Assembly (NCBI GenBank): GCA_964504595.1
Contig: CAZDEE010000001.1
Coordinates: 72,983-136,982 of the forward strand
From: an uncultured Staphylococcaceae bacterium
GTDB lineage: Bacteria; Bacillota_I; Bacilli_A; RFN20; CAG-826
Length of the DNA stretch: 64,000 nt
Direction: 5' to 3'
In this document: positions 28,598 to 38,831 of the stretch, piece by piece
Position numbering within the stretch: the first letter of the stretch is position 1
Layout: every line of letters begins with the position of its first letter
Notes under the pieces: model-generated
Told to the model about the DNA's origin: nothing
The model's database searches: none
Seen by the model: only the letters and a program-made list of their open reading frames with translations
Position numbers and translations under genes: made by a program

Positions 28598-30337
28598 ATG
28601 GAAAGAACTCATTATAACGGTACACTTGGAATAAATGATGTTGGTAAAAACGTCGTTTTAGTTGGATGGGTGTCAAAAAGAAGAAATTTAGGATCGATTA
28701 TTTTCATTGACTTAAGAGATAGAACTGGTATTGTTCAAATTAATGTTGATCCAACAAAAATTGATATTAAAGATGTTAGAAATGAATTTGTATTACAAGT
28801 ATATGGAACAGTTGTAAAAAAAGAAGTTGAAAATAAATCACTTAAAACTGGCGCAATTGAGGTAATTGCAGAAAAGATTAATATCATTAATACTTCTGAA
28901 ACAACACCACTTATTATTGCAGATGAAACAGATGCTTTAGAAGATACAAGATTACGTTATCGTTATTTAGATTTAAGAAGACCATGCTTACAACAAAACT
29001 TAATTACTAGAGCTAAAATAGTTGCTGCGGTTCATGAATATTTGGACGCAAATGATTTTATTGAAGTAGAAACACCTATTTTAACTTTATCTACACCAGA
29101 AGGTGCGAGAGATTATTTAGTTCCTTCTCGTGTTCATAAAGGTCATTTCTATGCTTTACCACAATCACCACAAATATTTAAACAATTATTAATGGTTGGC
29201 GGTTTAGAAAGATATTATCAAATTGCACGTTGTTTTAGAGATGAAGATCTACGTGCTGATAGACAGCCAGATTTCACTCAAATTGATGTTGAAACATCAT
29301 TCTTAGACCAAGAACAATTCTTAACTCTTATGGAAGGTTGTTTAAATAATATCTTTAAGCGCGTAAGAGGTATTGAACTTCAATTACCTTTAAGAAGAAT
29401 GGAATATGATTACGCTATCGATACCTATGGTAGTGATAAACCAGATACAAGATTTGGTTTAGAACTTCAAGATGTTACCGATATCTTATCTGCTTGTGCT
29501 TTTGAAGGATTCCATGTTAATACTATTAAAGCAATTGTTGTTAATAATGTGGCAAATAGTACTTCTAGAAAGCAAATCGATGAATTACAAATTATTGCTC
29601 GTAAATATCGCTTAAAAGGCGTTACAGTCTTAAAATTTGAAAATAATACTTTAACAGGTTCATTTATTAAGTATTTATCAAATGATGAGCAAGCAGCTTT
29701 AATAAGCCGATTATCATTAAAAGAAAATGATATTGTCATTATTGCCGCTTCAAATAAAAAATATGATGCATGTGTTGGCTTAGGAGCAATTAGAAGCTAT
29801 TATGGAAAGAAATTAAATTTAATTCCACCACATTCATTTGATTTATTATGGGTAGTGCATTGGCCGATGTTTGAATGGGATGAAAATCAAGGTCGATATA
29901 TGGCAAATCACCATCCATTTACAAGACCATGCGATGAAGATTTACCTTACTTAGATACAGATCCAAGCAAAGTATATACCTATGCATATGATATTGTCAT
30001 TAATGGGTATGAAGCTGGCGGTGGATCATTAAGAATATACGATCAAAATATTCAACAAAAAATATTTGAAATTTTAGGTTTCTCAAAAGAGGATATTACA
30101 CGTAAATTTGGATTCTTTGTTGATGCTTTAAAATATGGAACTCCACCTCATGGAGGCTTAGCATTTGGCTTAGACCGTTTATCAATGATATTATGTGAAA
30201 CTGAAAATATTCGTGATGTTATTGCGTTCCCTAAGAATTTATCAGCGATGTGTCCAATGAGCCAAGCTCCAGGTATCGTTGATGACCAACAATTAGATGA
30301 TTTATCTATTAAAATAGTGGGCGAAGTTGAAAAATAG
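28598..30337 (+). CDS. aspS: Aspartyl-tRNA synthetase
   Basis: An OB-fold N-domain, class II motifs and the AspRS GAD insertion are present. It follows hisS, as in B. subtilis. Confidence 0.9.
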   Translation: MERTHYNGTLGINDVGKNVVLVGWVSKRRNLGSIIFIDLRDRTGIVQINVDPTKIDIKDVRNEFVLQVYGTVVKKEVENKSLKTGAIEVIAEKINIINTSETTPLIIADETDALEDTRLRYRYLDLRRPCLQQNLITRAKIVAAVHEYLDANDFIEVETPILTLSTPEGARDYLVPSRVHKGHFYALPQSPQIFKQLLMVGGLERYYQIARCFRDEDLRADRQPDFTQIDVETSFLDQEQFLTLMEGCLNNIFKRVRGIELQLPLRRMEYDYAIDTYGSDKPDTRFGLELQDVTDILSACAFEGFHVNTIKAIVVNNVANSTSRKQIDELQIIARKYRLKGVTVLKFENNTLTGSFIKYLSNDEQAALISRLSLKENDIVIIAASNKKYDACVGLGAIRSYYGKKLNLIPPHSFDLLWVVHWPMFEWDENQGRYMANHHPFTRPCDEDLPYLDTDPSKVYTYAYDIVINGYEAGGGSLRIYDQNIQQKIFEILGFSKEDITRKFGFFVDALKYGTPPHGGLAFGLDRLSMILCETENIRDVIAFPKNLSAMCPMSQAPGIVDDQQLDDLSIKIVGEVEK

Positions 30338-30375
30338 TAGTTTATTAGTATATAATTAGTTAAAGGAGATTAAAT

Positions 30376-32349
30376 ATGAATATTGACCAATTATCAGTTG
30401 CCACGATAAGATCCACAGTTATTGATGTTATAAATAAAGCCAAATCCGGACATCCTGGAATGGCTTTAGGTAGTGCGCCAATTTTATATACATTATTTAA
30501 AAATCACATTATATCCGATCCAAAAAATCCTTTATGGATTAATCGTGATCGATTTGTTTTAAGTGCAGGACATGCGAGCTCATTATTATATACCATACTT
30601 CATATTGCAGGATATGAAATTTCAATGGATGATTTAAAGCAATTCCGTCAATTTGGTTCCTTAACTCCTGGTCATCCAGAATATCTCCATACTCCAGGTG
30701 TCGATGCAACTTCTGGTCCTTTGGGCCAAGGAATTGCTCAAGCTGTTGGTATGGCGATTGCAGAAAGAAGTTTAAGAAACATGTATCCAGATGGAGAAAA
30801 GTTAATAAATCACTATACATATGTTTTGTGTGGTGATGGTTGCTTACAAGAAGGACTTTCACAAGAAACAATTTCTCTTGCAGGTCATCAAAAATTAAAT
30901 AAATTAATTTTAATTTATGATAGTAATAATGTCACATTAGATGGCAGCATTGATCTTTCATTCTCTGAAAATGTCAAAATGCGCTTCGAGGCTACAAACT
31001 GGAACGTTTTAGAAGTAAAAGATGGTAATAACCTTAAAGAAATTAACAAAGCGATTAAAAAAGCAAAGAAAAGTGAAGAAAAACCAACATTAATTATCGT
31101 TCATACAATAATTGGTTTTGGTTCAAAAAATCAAGGATTATCAAAAACACATGGCTCACCATTAGGTGAAGAAGATGGGAAAGCCGCTAAAATAAGCTAT
31201 GGTTTTGACCATGAAGATTTCTATATTCCTCAAGAAGTTTATGATGATTTCAAAGAGACTTTTGGTGTTAGAGGAAGAAGAAATTATCGCCGTTGGAAAC
31301 GTGGATTAAAGCATTATTCTTATTTACATGGTCAAGAATATGCCCAATTTGAAAAAGCAATGAATAATGATGTTTCTAGCTATGTTTTTGATCAATTACC
31401 AGATTTTCCTAAAGATCATAAAGATTCAACAAGAAACGTTTCTGGCTATATCTTAAATTTATTGCATAAAGATATTCCTGTTTTAATGGGAGGTTCCGCT
31501 GATGTTGCAGCATCGGTAATTACCAACATTAAGGATGGAAGCAAATTAACAGCTTCAAATCCTACTGGTAGAGATGTTAATTTCGGTATTAGAGAATTTG
31601 CAATGGCTAGCGCTCAAAATGGAATATTACTACATGGAGGCTTACGTACTTATGTTGGCTGCTTCTTAATATTCTCTGATTATATGAAATCTGCGATGAG
31701 AATGGCTTCATTATCAAGACTTCCAGCCATTTACTTATTATCACATGACTCTATTGCGGTTGGGGAAGATGGTCCAACTCATCAACCAATTGAACAACTT
31801 GCAATGCTTAGAAGTATGCCAAATATGTATGTTTTTAGACCATGTGATGCCAAAGAAACTGCAGCAGCGTGGAAAATAGCTTTATTAAGCAAAGAGACAC
31901 CTAGCTCAATTATTCTTTCTAGACAAGCTCTTCCAATTCAAGCTAATAGCAATTATGAAGGTGTAACTCGTGGAGGTTATATAATTTCTAAAGAAAAAGG
32001 TGGAAAACCTGAATTTACAATTATTGCTACTGGTAGTGAAGTAAGCTTAGCTATTGAAGCTCAAAATATTTTACGTGAATATGGGCACGATGTTAGAGTT
32101 GTTTCCATGCCATGTCAAGAATTATTCTTAATTCAAAATGCAAGTTATCGTAAACGCGTTTTAGGATCACCATATCATAAACGGATTGTTGTCGAAATGG
32201 CAGCAACGTTTGGATGGCATCGATTTGCGCCATCAGTAATGGGAATAGATGAATTCGGTACTAGTGCACCTGCTAATGATGCAATTAATGCCTATGGATT
32301 TACAGTCGATACCCTTGTAAATTCAATTTTATCAAAGATTGAAAAATAA
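30376..32349 (+). CDS. tkt: Transketolase
   Basis: The N-terminus SGHPGMALGSAPI is the TPP-binding motif. Length is 657 aa. Confidence 0.9.
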   Translation: MNIDQLSVATIRSTVIDVINKAKSGHPGMALGSAPILYTLFKNHIISDPKNPLWINRDRFVLSAGHASSLLYTILHIAGYEISMDDLKQFRQFGSLTPGHPEYLHTPGVDATSGPLGQGIAQAVGMAIAERSLRNMYPDGEKLINHYTYVLCGDGCLQEGLSQETISLAGHQKLNKLILIYDSNNVTLDGSIDLSFSENVKMRFEATNWNVLEVKDGNNLKEINKAIKKAKKSEEKPTLIIVHTIIGFGSKNQGLSKTHGSPLGEEDGKAAKISYGFDHEDFYIPQEVYDDFKETFGVRGRRNYRRWKRGLKHYSYLHGQEYAQFEKAMNNDVSSYVFDQLPDFPKDHKDSTRNVSGYILNLLHKDIPVLMGGSADVAASVITNIKDGSKLTASNPTGRDVNFGIREFAMASAQNGILLHGGLRTYVGCFLIFSDYMKSAMRMASLSRLPAIYLLSHDSIAVGEDGPTHQPIEQLAMLRSMPNMYVFRPCDAKETAAAWKIALLSKETPSSIILSRQALPIQANSNYEGVTRGGYIISKEKGGKPEFTIIATGSEVSLAIEAQNILREYGHDVRVVSMPCQELFLIQNASYRKRVLGSPYHKRIVVEMAATFGWHRFAPSVMGIDEFGTSAPANDAINAYGFTVDTLVNSILSKIEK

Positions 32350-32473
32350 TAAGGAGGCTATTAAGTGTGATTTAAAATCATAACTTAGTAGTCTTTTTTT
32401 TAGTTTTAACACCTTTTTCGACATCTTTTTGCTTTATTTAAGCTTAAAATATTGTTTATAAGGAGCTAGAGAG

Positions 32474-32851
32474 ATGGATTATTATATATTTAGAATAAAG
32501 GAAGAATTTAAAGATGTTATTGATGAAAATATCTTGTGTTCAATATTTGAAAAAGAGCATAACGATTACTATTATTCACAACTAAAATATGTTCTTAATG
32601 ATATTTCATGGAACAAATTACTAGAAACTGCGAAAAAATACTTTAAAGATCGTAATGATATTATAATTAGTGATTTTTCGATTATTTATAAGCATTTAGT
32701 CGATGAAAAAACTGATGAATTAATAATAACCTCTAATTCATTGAGATTGCACTTAGAGTGTGAATTATCACCATTATTAACTTTTTTAGAAGAATTTAAT
32801 GAATGTTTCGTTTTTGTAAAAAAAGAAATGGTTGAATTAACAACAAGATAG
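32474..32851 (+). CDS. Hypothetical protein, possibly SirA (YneE)-like sporulation inhibitor of replication
   Basis: The N-terminus YYIFRIKEEF resembles B. subtilis SirA HYYTYLIKEEF. It lies immediately downstream of tkt, as yneE does in B. subtilis. The call is by eye only. Confidence 0.3.
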   Translation: MDYYIFRIKEEFKDVIDENILCSIFEKEHNDYYYSQLKYVLNDISWNKLLETAKKYFKDRNDIIISDFSIIYKHLVDEKTDELIITSNSLRLHLECELSPLLTFLEEFNECFVFVKKEMVELTTR

Positions 32852-32915
32852 CAATTATATTTGCAAGATAGCAGAAAATTAGTTATAATTAATTTCGTTA
32901 GAGGAGTGTGCATTT

Positions 32916-33254
32916 ATGGCGGATTATGTTTATATAGAAAATTACTCAAAAAATGGTAAAATGGGAATTTCTCATGTTGTTTTTGATCAAATAGCCTCTA
33001 TAAGTGCGCAACACGTTAAAGGTGTTTCGATTAGAAAGAATTCAAAAATTGAAAAGGCGTTTAAATTAAAAAAACCTATTGAATGTCAAATTAAAAATGG
33101 AATCGTAAACGTTAATATCGATGTCGTCATTGCGCAAGGTAGTAATGTTAACGATATTTGTTTAGCTATTCAAGAAGAAATATCAAATGCTTTGTCATCT
33201 TTAACTGAATTAGTGCCAATTAATATTAATGTTAGAGTAAAAGGTATTGAATAA
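32916..33254 (+). CDS. Asp23/Gls24 (DUF322) family alkaline-shock-like protein (YqhY-like)
   Basis: Asp23 family pattern. It lies upstream of nusB, as yqhY does in B. subtilis. Confidence 0.7.
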   Translation: MADYVYIENYSKNGKMGISHVVFDQIASISAQHVKGVSIRKNSKIEKAFKLKKPIECQIKNGIVNVNIDVVIAQGSNVNDICLAIQEEISNALSSLTELVPININVRVKGIE

Positions 33255-33278
33255 GCTCAATTTTGAGCTTTTTCTTTT
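33254..33278 (+). terminator. Terminator after the asp23-like gene
   Basis: AGCTCAatttTGAGCT followed by TTTTCTTTTT. Confidence 0.45.
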
Positions 33279-33349
33279 TAAAAAGTTGAAAAAAATAATT
33301 ATTTTATATCAATATATGATATAATTTGTAAGGTTAAGGAGGGGGATTC

Positions 33350-33757
33350 ATGTCAGTATCAAGAAATGTTTCTCATGAGAAAGCAATGATTATTATTTAC
33401 GATGCTTTATGTTATGAACACATGAATCAAGAATATGATCCAAGGGAGTTAATTTCTTCAATTATGGATGAATCCTATGATTTGGTTGACTTATACGTAA
33501 AGCAAGTTGTAATCAAAGCATTGATTAATAAAGATGCATATATTGAGAAATTACAAGCAAAAATGGATACATGGAAATTTGATCGCCTTAATCGTTTAAA
33601 TCAAGCTATCCTTCTTATGAGTTTATCTCACTATTATGGGGTAGGAGAAGTTGAAAAAGCGGTTGTAATTAATGTTGCTGTCAGCTTAGCGAAAAAATAC
33701 CTTGATGATAACGATTATAAATTTGTAAATGCGATTTTAGATAATGTTTTATGTTAA
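33350..33757 (+). CDS. nusB: Transcription antitermination factor NusB
   Basis: 135 aa, all-helical. It lies upstream of xseA. Confidence 0.8.
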   Translation: MSVSRNVSHEKAMIIIYDALCYEHMNQEYDPRELISSIMDESYDLVDLYVKQVVIKALINKDAYIEKLQAKMDTWKFDRLNRLNQAILLMSLSHYYGVGEVEKAVVINVAVSLAKKYLDDNDYKFVNAILDNVLC

Positions 33758-35034
33758 ATCCATCCACAATTTATTCAGTTAGTGCATTAAATCATTATAT
33801 AAAATCCATTTTTGACGATAATGAAGCATTAAAATTTATTTATGTAAAGGGAGAAATCTCTTCTTTTCGTCGTCATACAAGTGGCCATATTTACTTTACC
33901 TTAAAAGATGATAAATCCCGTCTTAAAGCGGTTATGTTTTCTTTTAAAGCTCTTCGATTAACTTTTTCACCAAAGGAAGGCGATGAAGTATGTGTGTTAG
34001 GAAAAGTATCCACATATCCTGAATCAGGTGAATATCAACTGTATGTTGAAGAAATGGAACCATTTGGCGTTGGTAAACAATTATTAGAACTTGAAAAACT
34101 TAAAAAGAAGCTTGCTTTAGAAGGTATTTTTGATGAAAGTCGAAAAAAAGCAATTCCTAAATTTCCTAATCGTATTGGTTTAGTTACTGGAAAAGGAAGT
34201 GCTGCAAGTGCGGATATGATAAAAAATATCACAAGAAGATATCCATTAGCGCAGATATATATGTTTCCTTCGTTAGTTCAAGGTAGCAATGCCCCTAAAT
34301 CGTTAATAAACGCCTTATCTAGAGCCCAAAAATATGATTTGGATACAATAATCATTGGGCGAGGCGGAGGCGCAAATGAAGATTTATCGGCGTTTAATGA
34401 TGAAGGAGTAGTTCGTGCAATCTATAACTGTCCAGTACCTATTATTTCAGCGGTAGGACATGAAATCGATTTTACTTTATCTGATTTAGCAGCGGATGTT
34501 AGAGTAAGTACTCCAACTGGAGCTTGTGAAAAAGCCACTCCAGATATTGAAAGCATCTATTTAAAATTAGATTCAACAAGAGCATTTATTGAAAGCTGTT
34601 TATTAGAAAAATATAAAAATTTAAAGGAAAAATATACATTTTTAGCATCTAGACCGATATTTAAAGATCCTTCAGTACTTTATAAAGAGCAACTTAAAGA
34701 TCTAAAATCATACAAAGATAAATTAGCTTTTTTACTTATTAGTAGCTTTAAAGATGATAAACATCGATTCATAAGTGCAAGAAAATCGCTAAATGAAGAA
34801 ATTTTAAAAACTATCGATGACTATAAGCAAAAAGTTTCATTTATCAAAAGTCGTATTTCTTTATTAAATCCAAATTCTATTTTAGAAAGAGGATATAGCA
34901 TTATATGTGATGAAAATGGTCATATAATTGAAAGTGTAGATAATATAGATAATAACGATACTATCTTTACAACTTTAAAAGATGGAACGGTAACATCAAT
35001 CGTTACAAAAAAGGAGAAAAAACATGGAAAATAA
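33751..35034 (+). CDS. xseA: Exodeoxyribonuclease VII large subunit
   Basis: An N-terminal OB-fold and a C-terminal coiled coil are present. xseB follows it. Confidence 0.85.
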   Translation: MLNPSTIYSVSALNHYIKSIFDDNEALKFIYVKGEISSFRRHTSGHIYFTLKDDKSRLKAVMFSFKALRLTFSPKEGDEVCVLGKVSTYPESGEYQLYVEEMEPFGVGKQLLELEKLKKKLALEGIFDESRKKAIPKFPNRIGLVTGKGSAASADMIKNITRRYPLAQIYMFPSLVQGSNAPKSLINALSRAQKYDLDTIIIGRGGGANEDLSAFNDEGVVRAIYNCPVPIISAVGHEIDFTLSDLAADVRVSTPTGACEKATPDIESIYLKLDSTRAFIESCLLEKYKNLKEKYTFLASRPIFKDPSVLYKEQLKDLKSYKDKLAFLLISSFKDDKHRFISARKSLNEEILKTIDDYKQKVSFIKSRISLLNPNSILERGYSIICDENGHIIESVDNIDNNDTIFTTLKDGTVTSIVTKKEKKHGK

Positions 35035-35212
35035 ATTTGAAGACAAATTAAAAAGATTAGAAGAAATAGTTGCCTTAATGGAATCTAAAAAGCTTTCGCT
35101 TGAAGATAATCTTAACTTATTTAAAGAAGGTTCAGCTTTAATTAAAGAGTTAGAGGATACTTTAAAAGATGCTGAGAAATCAATTAAAGAAGTTATTGAA
35201 ATTGAAGAATAA
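35024..35212 (+). CDS. xseB: Exodeoxyribonuclease VII small subunit
   Basis: A 62-aa helical protein directly after xseA, with an overlapping start. Confidence 0.8.
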   Translation: MENKFEDKLKRLEEIVALMESKKLSLEDNLNLFKEGSALIKELEDTLKDAEKSIKEVIEIEE

Positions 35213-35273
35213 CGCCAATAAGTTAATTAATAGTTAACTTTTAGTAATAAATTAGTAGAAAGGAGAAAATACA

Positions 35274-37091
35274 ATGAGCGAGTATAACAATCGTAATTTA
35301 AAAGATTTAACATATGAAGAACTCGAAAATGTTGCATATAGTATAAGACAAGATATCATTACATCAACATCTATTAATGGTGGGCATCTTGGCAGTAACT
35401 TAGGCATTGTAGAAATTACTTTAGCGCTTCATCGTATTTTTGATTTTCCTAATGATAAGCTTTTATTTGATGTCGGACATCAATGTTATGCCCATAAATT
35501 ATTGACTAATCGTTCCCTATCTACCTTAAGACAAAAGGGTGGAGTATCAGGATTTCAAAAACGAGAAGAATCCGAATATGATTGTTTTGAGGCTGGTCAT
35601 AGCTCAACATCTTTAAGTACAGCCTTAGGTATGGCTGTTAGTCGTGATTTAAATCATGAAAGCAATCATATAATTGCGGTTATCGGAGATGGAAGTGTCG
35701 TTTCAGGCCCATCTTTTGAAGCTCTTAACAATTTAGCGCATATTAACCATAAAATTATTATAATTTTAAACGATAATGCGATGTCAATTTCTAAACCAGT
35801 TGGCGGAACTGCAAAGTTATTATCTAAAATTCGAGTATCAGTTGGCTATAATCGTGTAAAAGGAAATTATCGTCGCTTTTTATCTAAAACAAAAGTTGGA
35901 AATCGTTTTTATAAAATGACCGCGAATGTAAAAAATAAATGGAAAAGATTATTTATTCCACCTACTTTTTTTGATTCTCTAGGTTTAGACTATTTAGGTC
36001 CTATTGATGGACATAATTTAAAATCGTTAGAAAAAGCCTTAAAAAAAGCTAAAAAAGCCCAAAATACGATTATTATTCATTGTCATACAGTAAAAGGAAA
36101 AGGCTATAAATATGCAGAAAATGATAAAGAAGGATTTTGGCATGGTATAGGACCTTTTAATAAAGAAACAGGTATTCCTAATGATATACCATTAGTTCCA
36201 TCTTGGAGTGCTTTTTATAGTTCTTTAGTGCTAAAAAGCATGGAAGATGAAAAGAATGTTTATATTAATCCTGCAATGATTAGAGGATCTGAAGCAGAAG
36301 AAATATTTAATAAATATAGTGAGCGTGCATTCGATGTTGGTATTTGTGAAGAACACGCTGTATCTTTAGCGGCGGGTTTTGCATTAAGCAAAAAACATCC
36401 AATTTTAGCTATTTATTCGACTTTTTTACAAAGAGGTATTGATCAAATCAATCAAGATTTGTGTCGAATGAAGCTTCCATGTACCATTTTAGTGGATCGT
36501 GCTGGTTTAGTTGGACAAGATGGTGAGACTCATCAAGGAATATTTGATGAGGGTTTACTAATTACTAATCCTAATATCGTTATTGCGGTTCCTAGCTCAA
36601 AGCAAGAGGCAGAACAAGTTTTTTCATTATCTTTAAAAAGCGAACTTCCTTTTGTCATTCGTTATCCTAAAGGCAATTCATATGACTCTTCCTTACAACA
36701 TAAGGAAATTTTAGACTATAAATGGCCAATTTTTAGGAATAATCATAATTCATCACTAATAATAGGTGTAGGTGTTTTATTTAATCAACTATCGGATTTA
36801 ATTATTAAAGAAAACCTACCTTACGATATTATAAATGCCTTATTTATCAAACCTATCGATGAAAAAACTTTAGATATGGCTTTAAATTATCAACATGTCA
36901 TTATCTATAATCCTTATTCAAGCCGTTATGGCCTTGTTAATGAAGCATTAAGTTATTTATTAAAAAAGGGATTTAAAGGAAAAGTAATAATTAAGTGCAT
37001 TAATGACGATTTCATAAAACAAGGAACAATAGATGAGCAGCTTAAAGATCAAGGTCTCGATATTGATTCAATGATGAAATTATTGCGATAG
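35274..37091 (+). CDS. dxs: 1-deoxy-D-xylulose-5-phosphate synthase
   Basis: The TPP-binding motif GGHLGSNLG is present, along with GDG and the transketolase-like C-terminal domains. Confidence 0.9.
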   Translation: MSEYNNRNLKDLTYEELENVAYSIRQDIITSTSINGGHLGSNLGIVEITLALHRIFDFPNDKLLFDVGHQCYAHKLLTNRSLSTLRQKGGVSGFQKREESEYDCFEAGHSSTSLSTALGMAVSRDLNHESNHIIAVIGDGSVVSGPSFEALNNLAHINHKIIIILNDNAMSISKPVGGTAKLLSKIRVSVGYNRVKGNYRRFLSKTKVGNRFYKMTANVKNKWKRLFIPPTFFDSLGLDYLGPIDGHNLKSLEKALKKAKKAQNTIIIHCHTVKGKGYKYAENDKEGFWHGIGPFNKETGIPNDIPLVPSWSAFYSSLVLKSMEDEKNVYINPAMIRGSEAEEIFNKYSERAFDVGICEEHAVSLAAGFALSKKHPILAIYSTFLQRGIDQINQDLCRMKLPCTILVDRAGLVGQDGETHQGIFDEGLLITNPNIVIAVPSSKQEAEQVFSLSLKSELPFVIRYPKGNSYDSSLQHKEILDYKWPIFRNNHNSSLIIGVGVLFNQLSDLIIKENLPYDIINALFIKPIDEKTLDMALNYQHVIIYNPYSSRYGLVNEALSYLLKKGFKGKVIIKCINDDFIKQGTIDEQLKDQGLDIDSMMKLLR

Positions 37092-37102
37092 GAGGAAAGA
37101 GT

Positions 37103-38764
37103 ATGTTAAATTCAATTTCTATTAAAAATTTCGCTATTATTGAGGATTTAGAGGTATCTTTTTCACCGAATATGACCGTTTTAACCGGTGAAACAGGTGC
37201 AGGAAAATCGATATTAATTGATGCTTTATCTCTTTTAATAGGGGAAAGAAGTGATTTTGATAAAATTAGAACTGGAGCCTCTAAATCTATTATTGAAGGT
37301 GAATTTTCTATTAATGATAATTCACTTTTAAAATCAATAAGTGAAAAATATGGTGAAGATATTATTGATGGTAATACAATTATCGTTACTAGAACTCTAG
37401 ATATAAGCGGAAGAAGTATTGTTCGAGTTAATGGTGTTCAATTTCCTTTATCAAAATTAAAAGGGATGATGTCCATCTTAATTGACATTCATTCTCAACA
37501 TCAAAACCTTTATATTTTAGATGAAAGAAATCACCTAGGATTATTAGATGAATTCATCGGTGAAAATGAAGAAAAAATAGAGTATATCAAAGCTTATGAA
37601 GAATATCTAAATGCAAAAAAAGAGTTAAAAACGCTTGAGAATGAACGAATTTTAGATAATGATGTTTCTTTAATAAGCTCACGAATAGAAGAATTAGAAT
37701 CCGCACATATTGAAGTTGGTGAAATAGCTTCTTTAGAGCAAGAAAAAGAAAGACTAATGTGTTTTCAAAAATCGATTGATGCAATTAATGCTTTTTTGCA
37801 ACTTAGCGAAGATGATAATGGAATCTTAACCAAAATGTATCTCGCAAAAAAAGAATTAGAGCATTCAGGTGATGAAAAACTTATTGAATATAGCGAAAAA
37901 TTAAGTAATTTATATTATGAAATGAAAGATTTGTCATCTAATATTTCCTTTGAATTAGACTCATTTGCTAATTCTTCTTCTCGACTTGAAGAAATTGATG
38001 ATCGACTTTACTTTTTAAAAAGATTAGTTCGAAAATATCAGGGTGATGAAAATGATTTATTAACTTTATTAAATGAATTGCAAGAAAAATTATATCGCAT
38101 TGATCATTTTGAAAGAGTATTTTCAGAAAAGAGCCAAGAAGTTGATAAATTGTACCTCGTTGCGGTTAATAAAGCCAAAGCTTTATCTTCTATAAGAAAA
38201 GAAAAAGCTTTAGAATTATCCGCTTTAGTGGATAAAGAATTACATGATTTATCATTAAATAATGGCCAATTTATCATTAATTTTGATAAAGAAGAAATAT
38301 CTTTAACCGGTGAAGACAAAGTGACTTTTCTTTTAACCACCAACAAAGGACTAGCTCCTTCACCTTTAAAAAATGTTGCTAGTGGAGGCGAAACTTCTCG
38401 TATAATGTTAGCCTTAAAAACAATTTTTGGTAAATTAAGTCACATGGAGACAATTATTTTTGATGAAATAGATACAGGTGTCTCAGGTAAAGTAGCAATG
38501 CAAGTTGCTCATAAAATGAAAGAAATTGCTTCATATTGCCAAGTTTTAGTTATTTCTCATCTTCCTCAAGTTGCATCAATTGCCGACCATCATTACTTAG
38601 TTATTAAAGAGGTTGAAAATGAAGTTACCAAATCTAAGGTTATTGAATTACTAGATGAAAATGAGAGAATTCATGAAATTGCTAAGCTTTTATCAGGATC
38701 TGACGTTACTAAAGCTTCATTAGAAGCCGCAAGAGAGCTTGTAAAAGAAGGAAAAGAACAATAA
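37103..38764 (+). CDS. recN: DNA repair protein RecN
   Basis: It is an SMC-like protein. The N-terminal Walker A is GETGAGKS, followed by a long coiled coil and the C-terminal signature/Walker B. Confidence 0.9.
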   Translation: MLNSISIKNFAIIEDLEVSFSPNMTVLTGETGAGKSILIDALSLLIGERSDFDKIRTGASKSIIEGEFSINDNSLLKSISEKYGEDIIDGNTIIVTRTLDISGRSIVRVNGVQFPLSKLKGMMSILIDIHSQHQNLYILDERNHLGLLDEFIGENEEKIEYIKAYEEYLNAKKELKTLENERILDNDVSLISSRIEELESAHIEVGEIASLEQEKERLMCFQKSIDAINAFLQLSEDDNGILTKMYLAKKELEHSGDEKLIEYSEKLSNLYYEMKDLSSNISFELDSFANSSSRLEEIDDRLYFLKRLVRKYQGDENDLLTLLNELQEKLYRIDHFERVFSEKSQEVDKLYLVAVNKAKALSSIRKEKALELSALVDKELHDLSLNNGQFIINFDKEEISLTGEDKVTFLLTTNKGLAPSPLKNVASGGETSRIMLALKTIFGKLSHMETIIFDEIDTGVSGKVAMQVAHKMKEIASYCQVLVISHLPQVASIADHHYLVIKEVENEVTKSKVIELLDENERIHEIAKLLSGSDVTKASLEAARELVKEGKEQ

Positions 38765-38831
38765 TTACCTAAATTTAACAAATGCATTTTTAATTAGATA
38801 GTTAATACTATGATTGAAAGGAGTAAAAACT

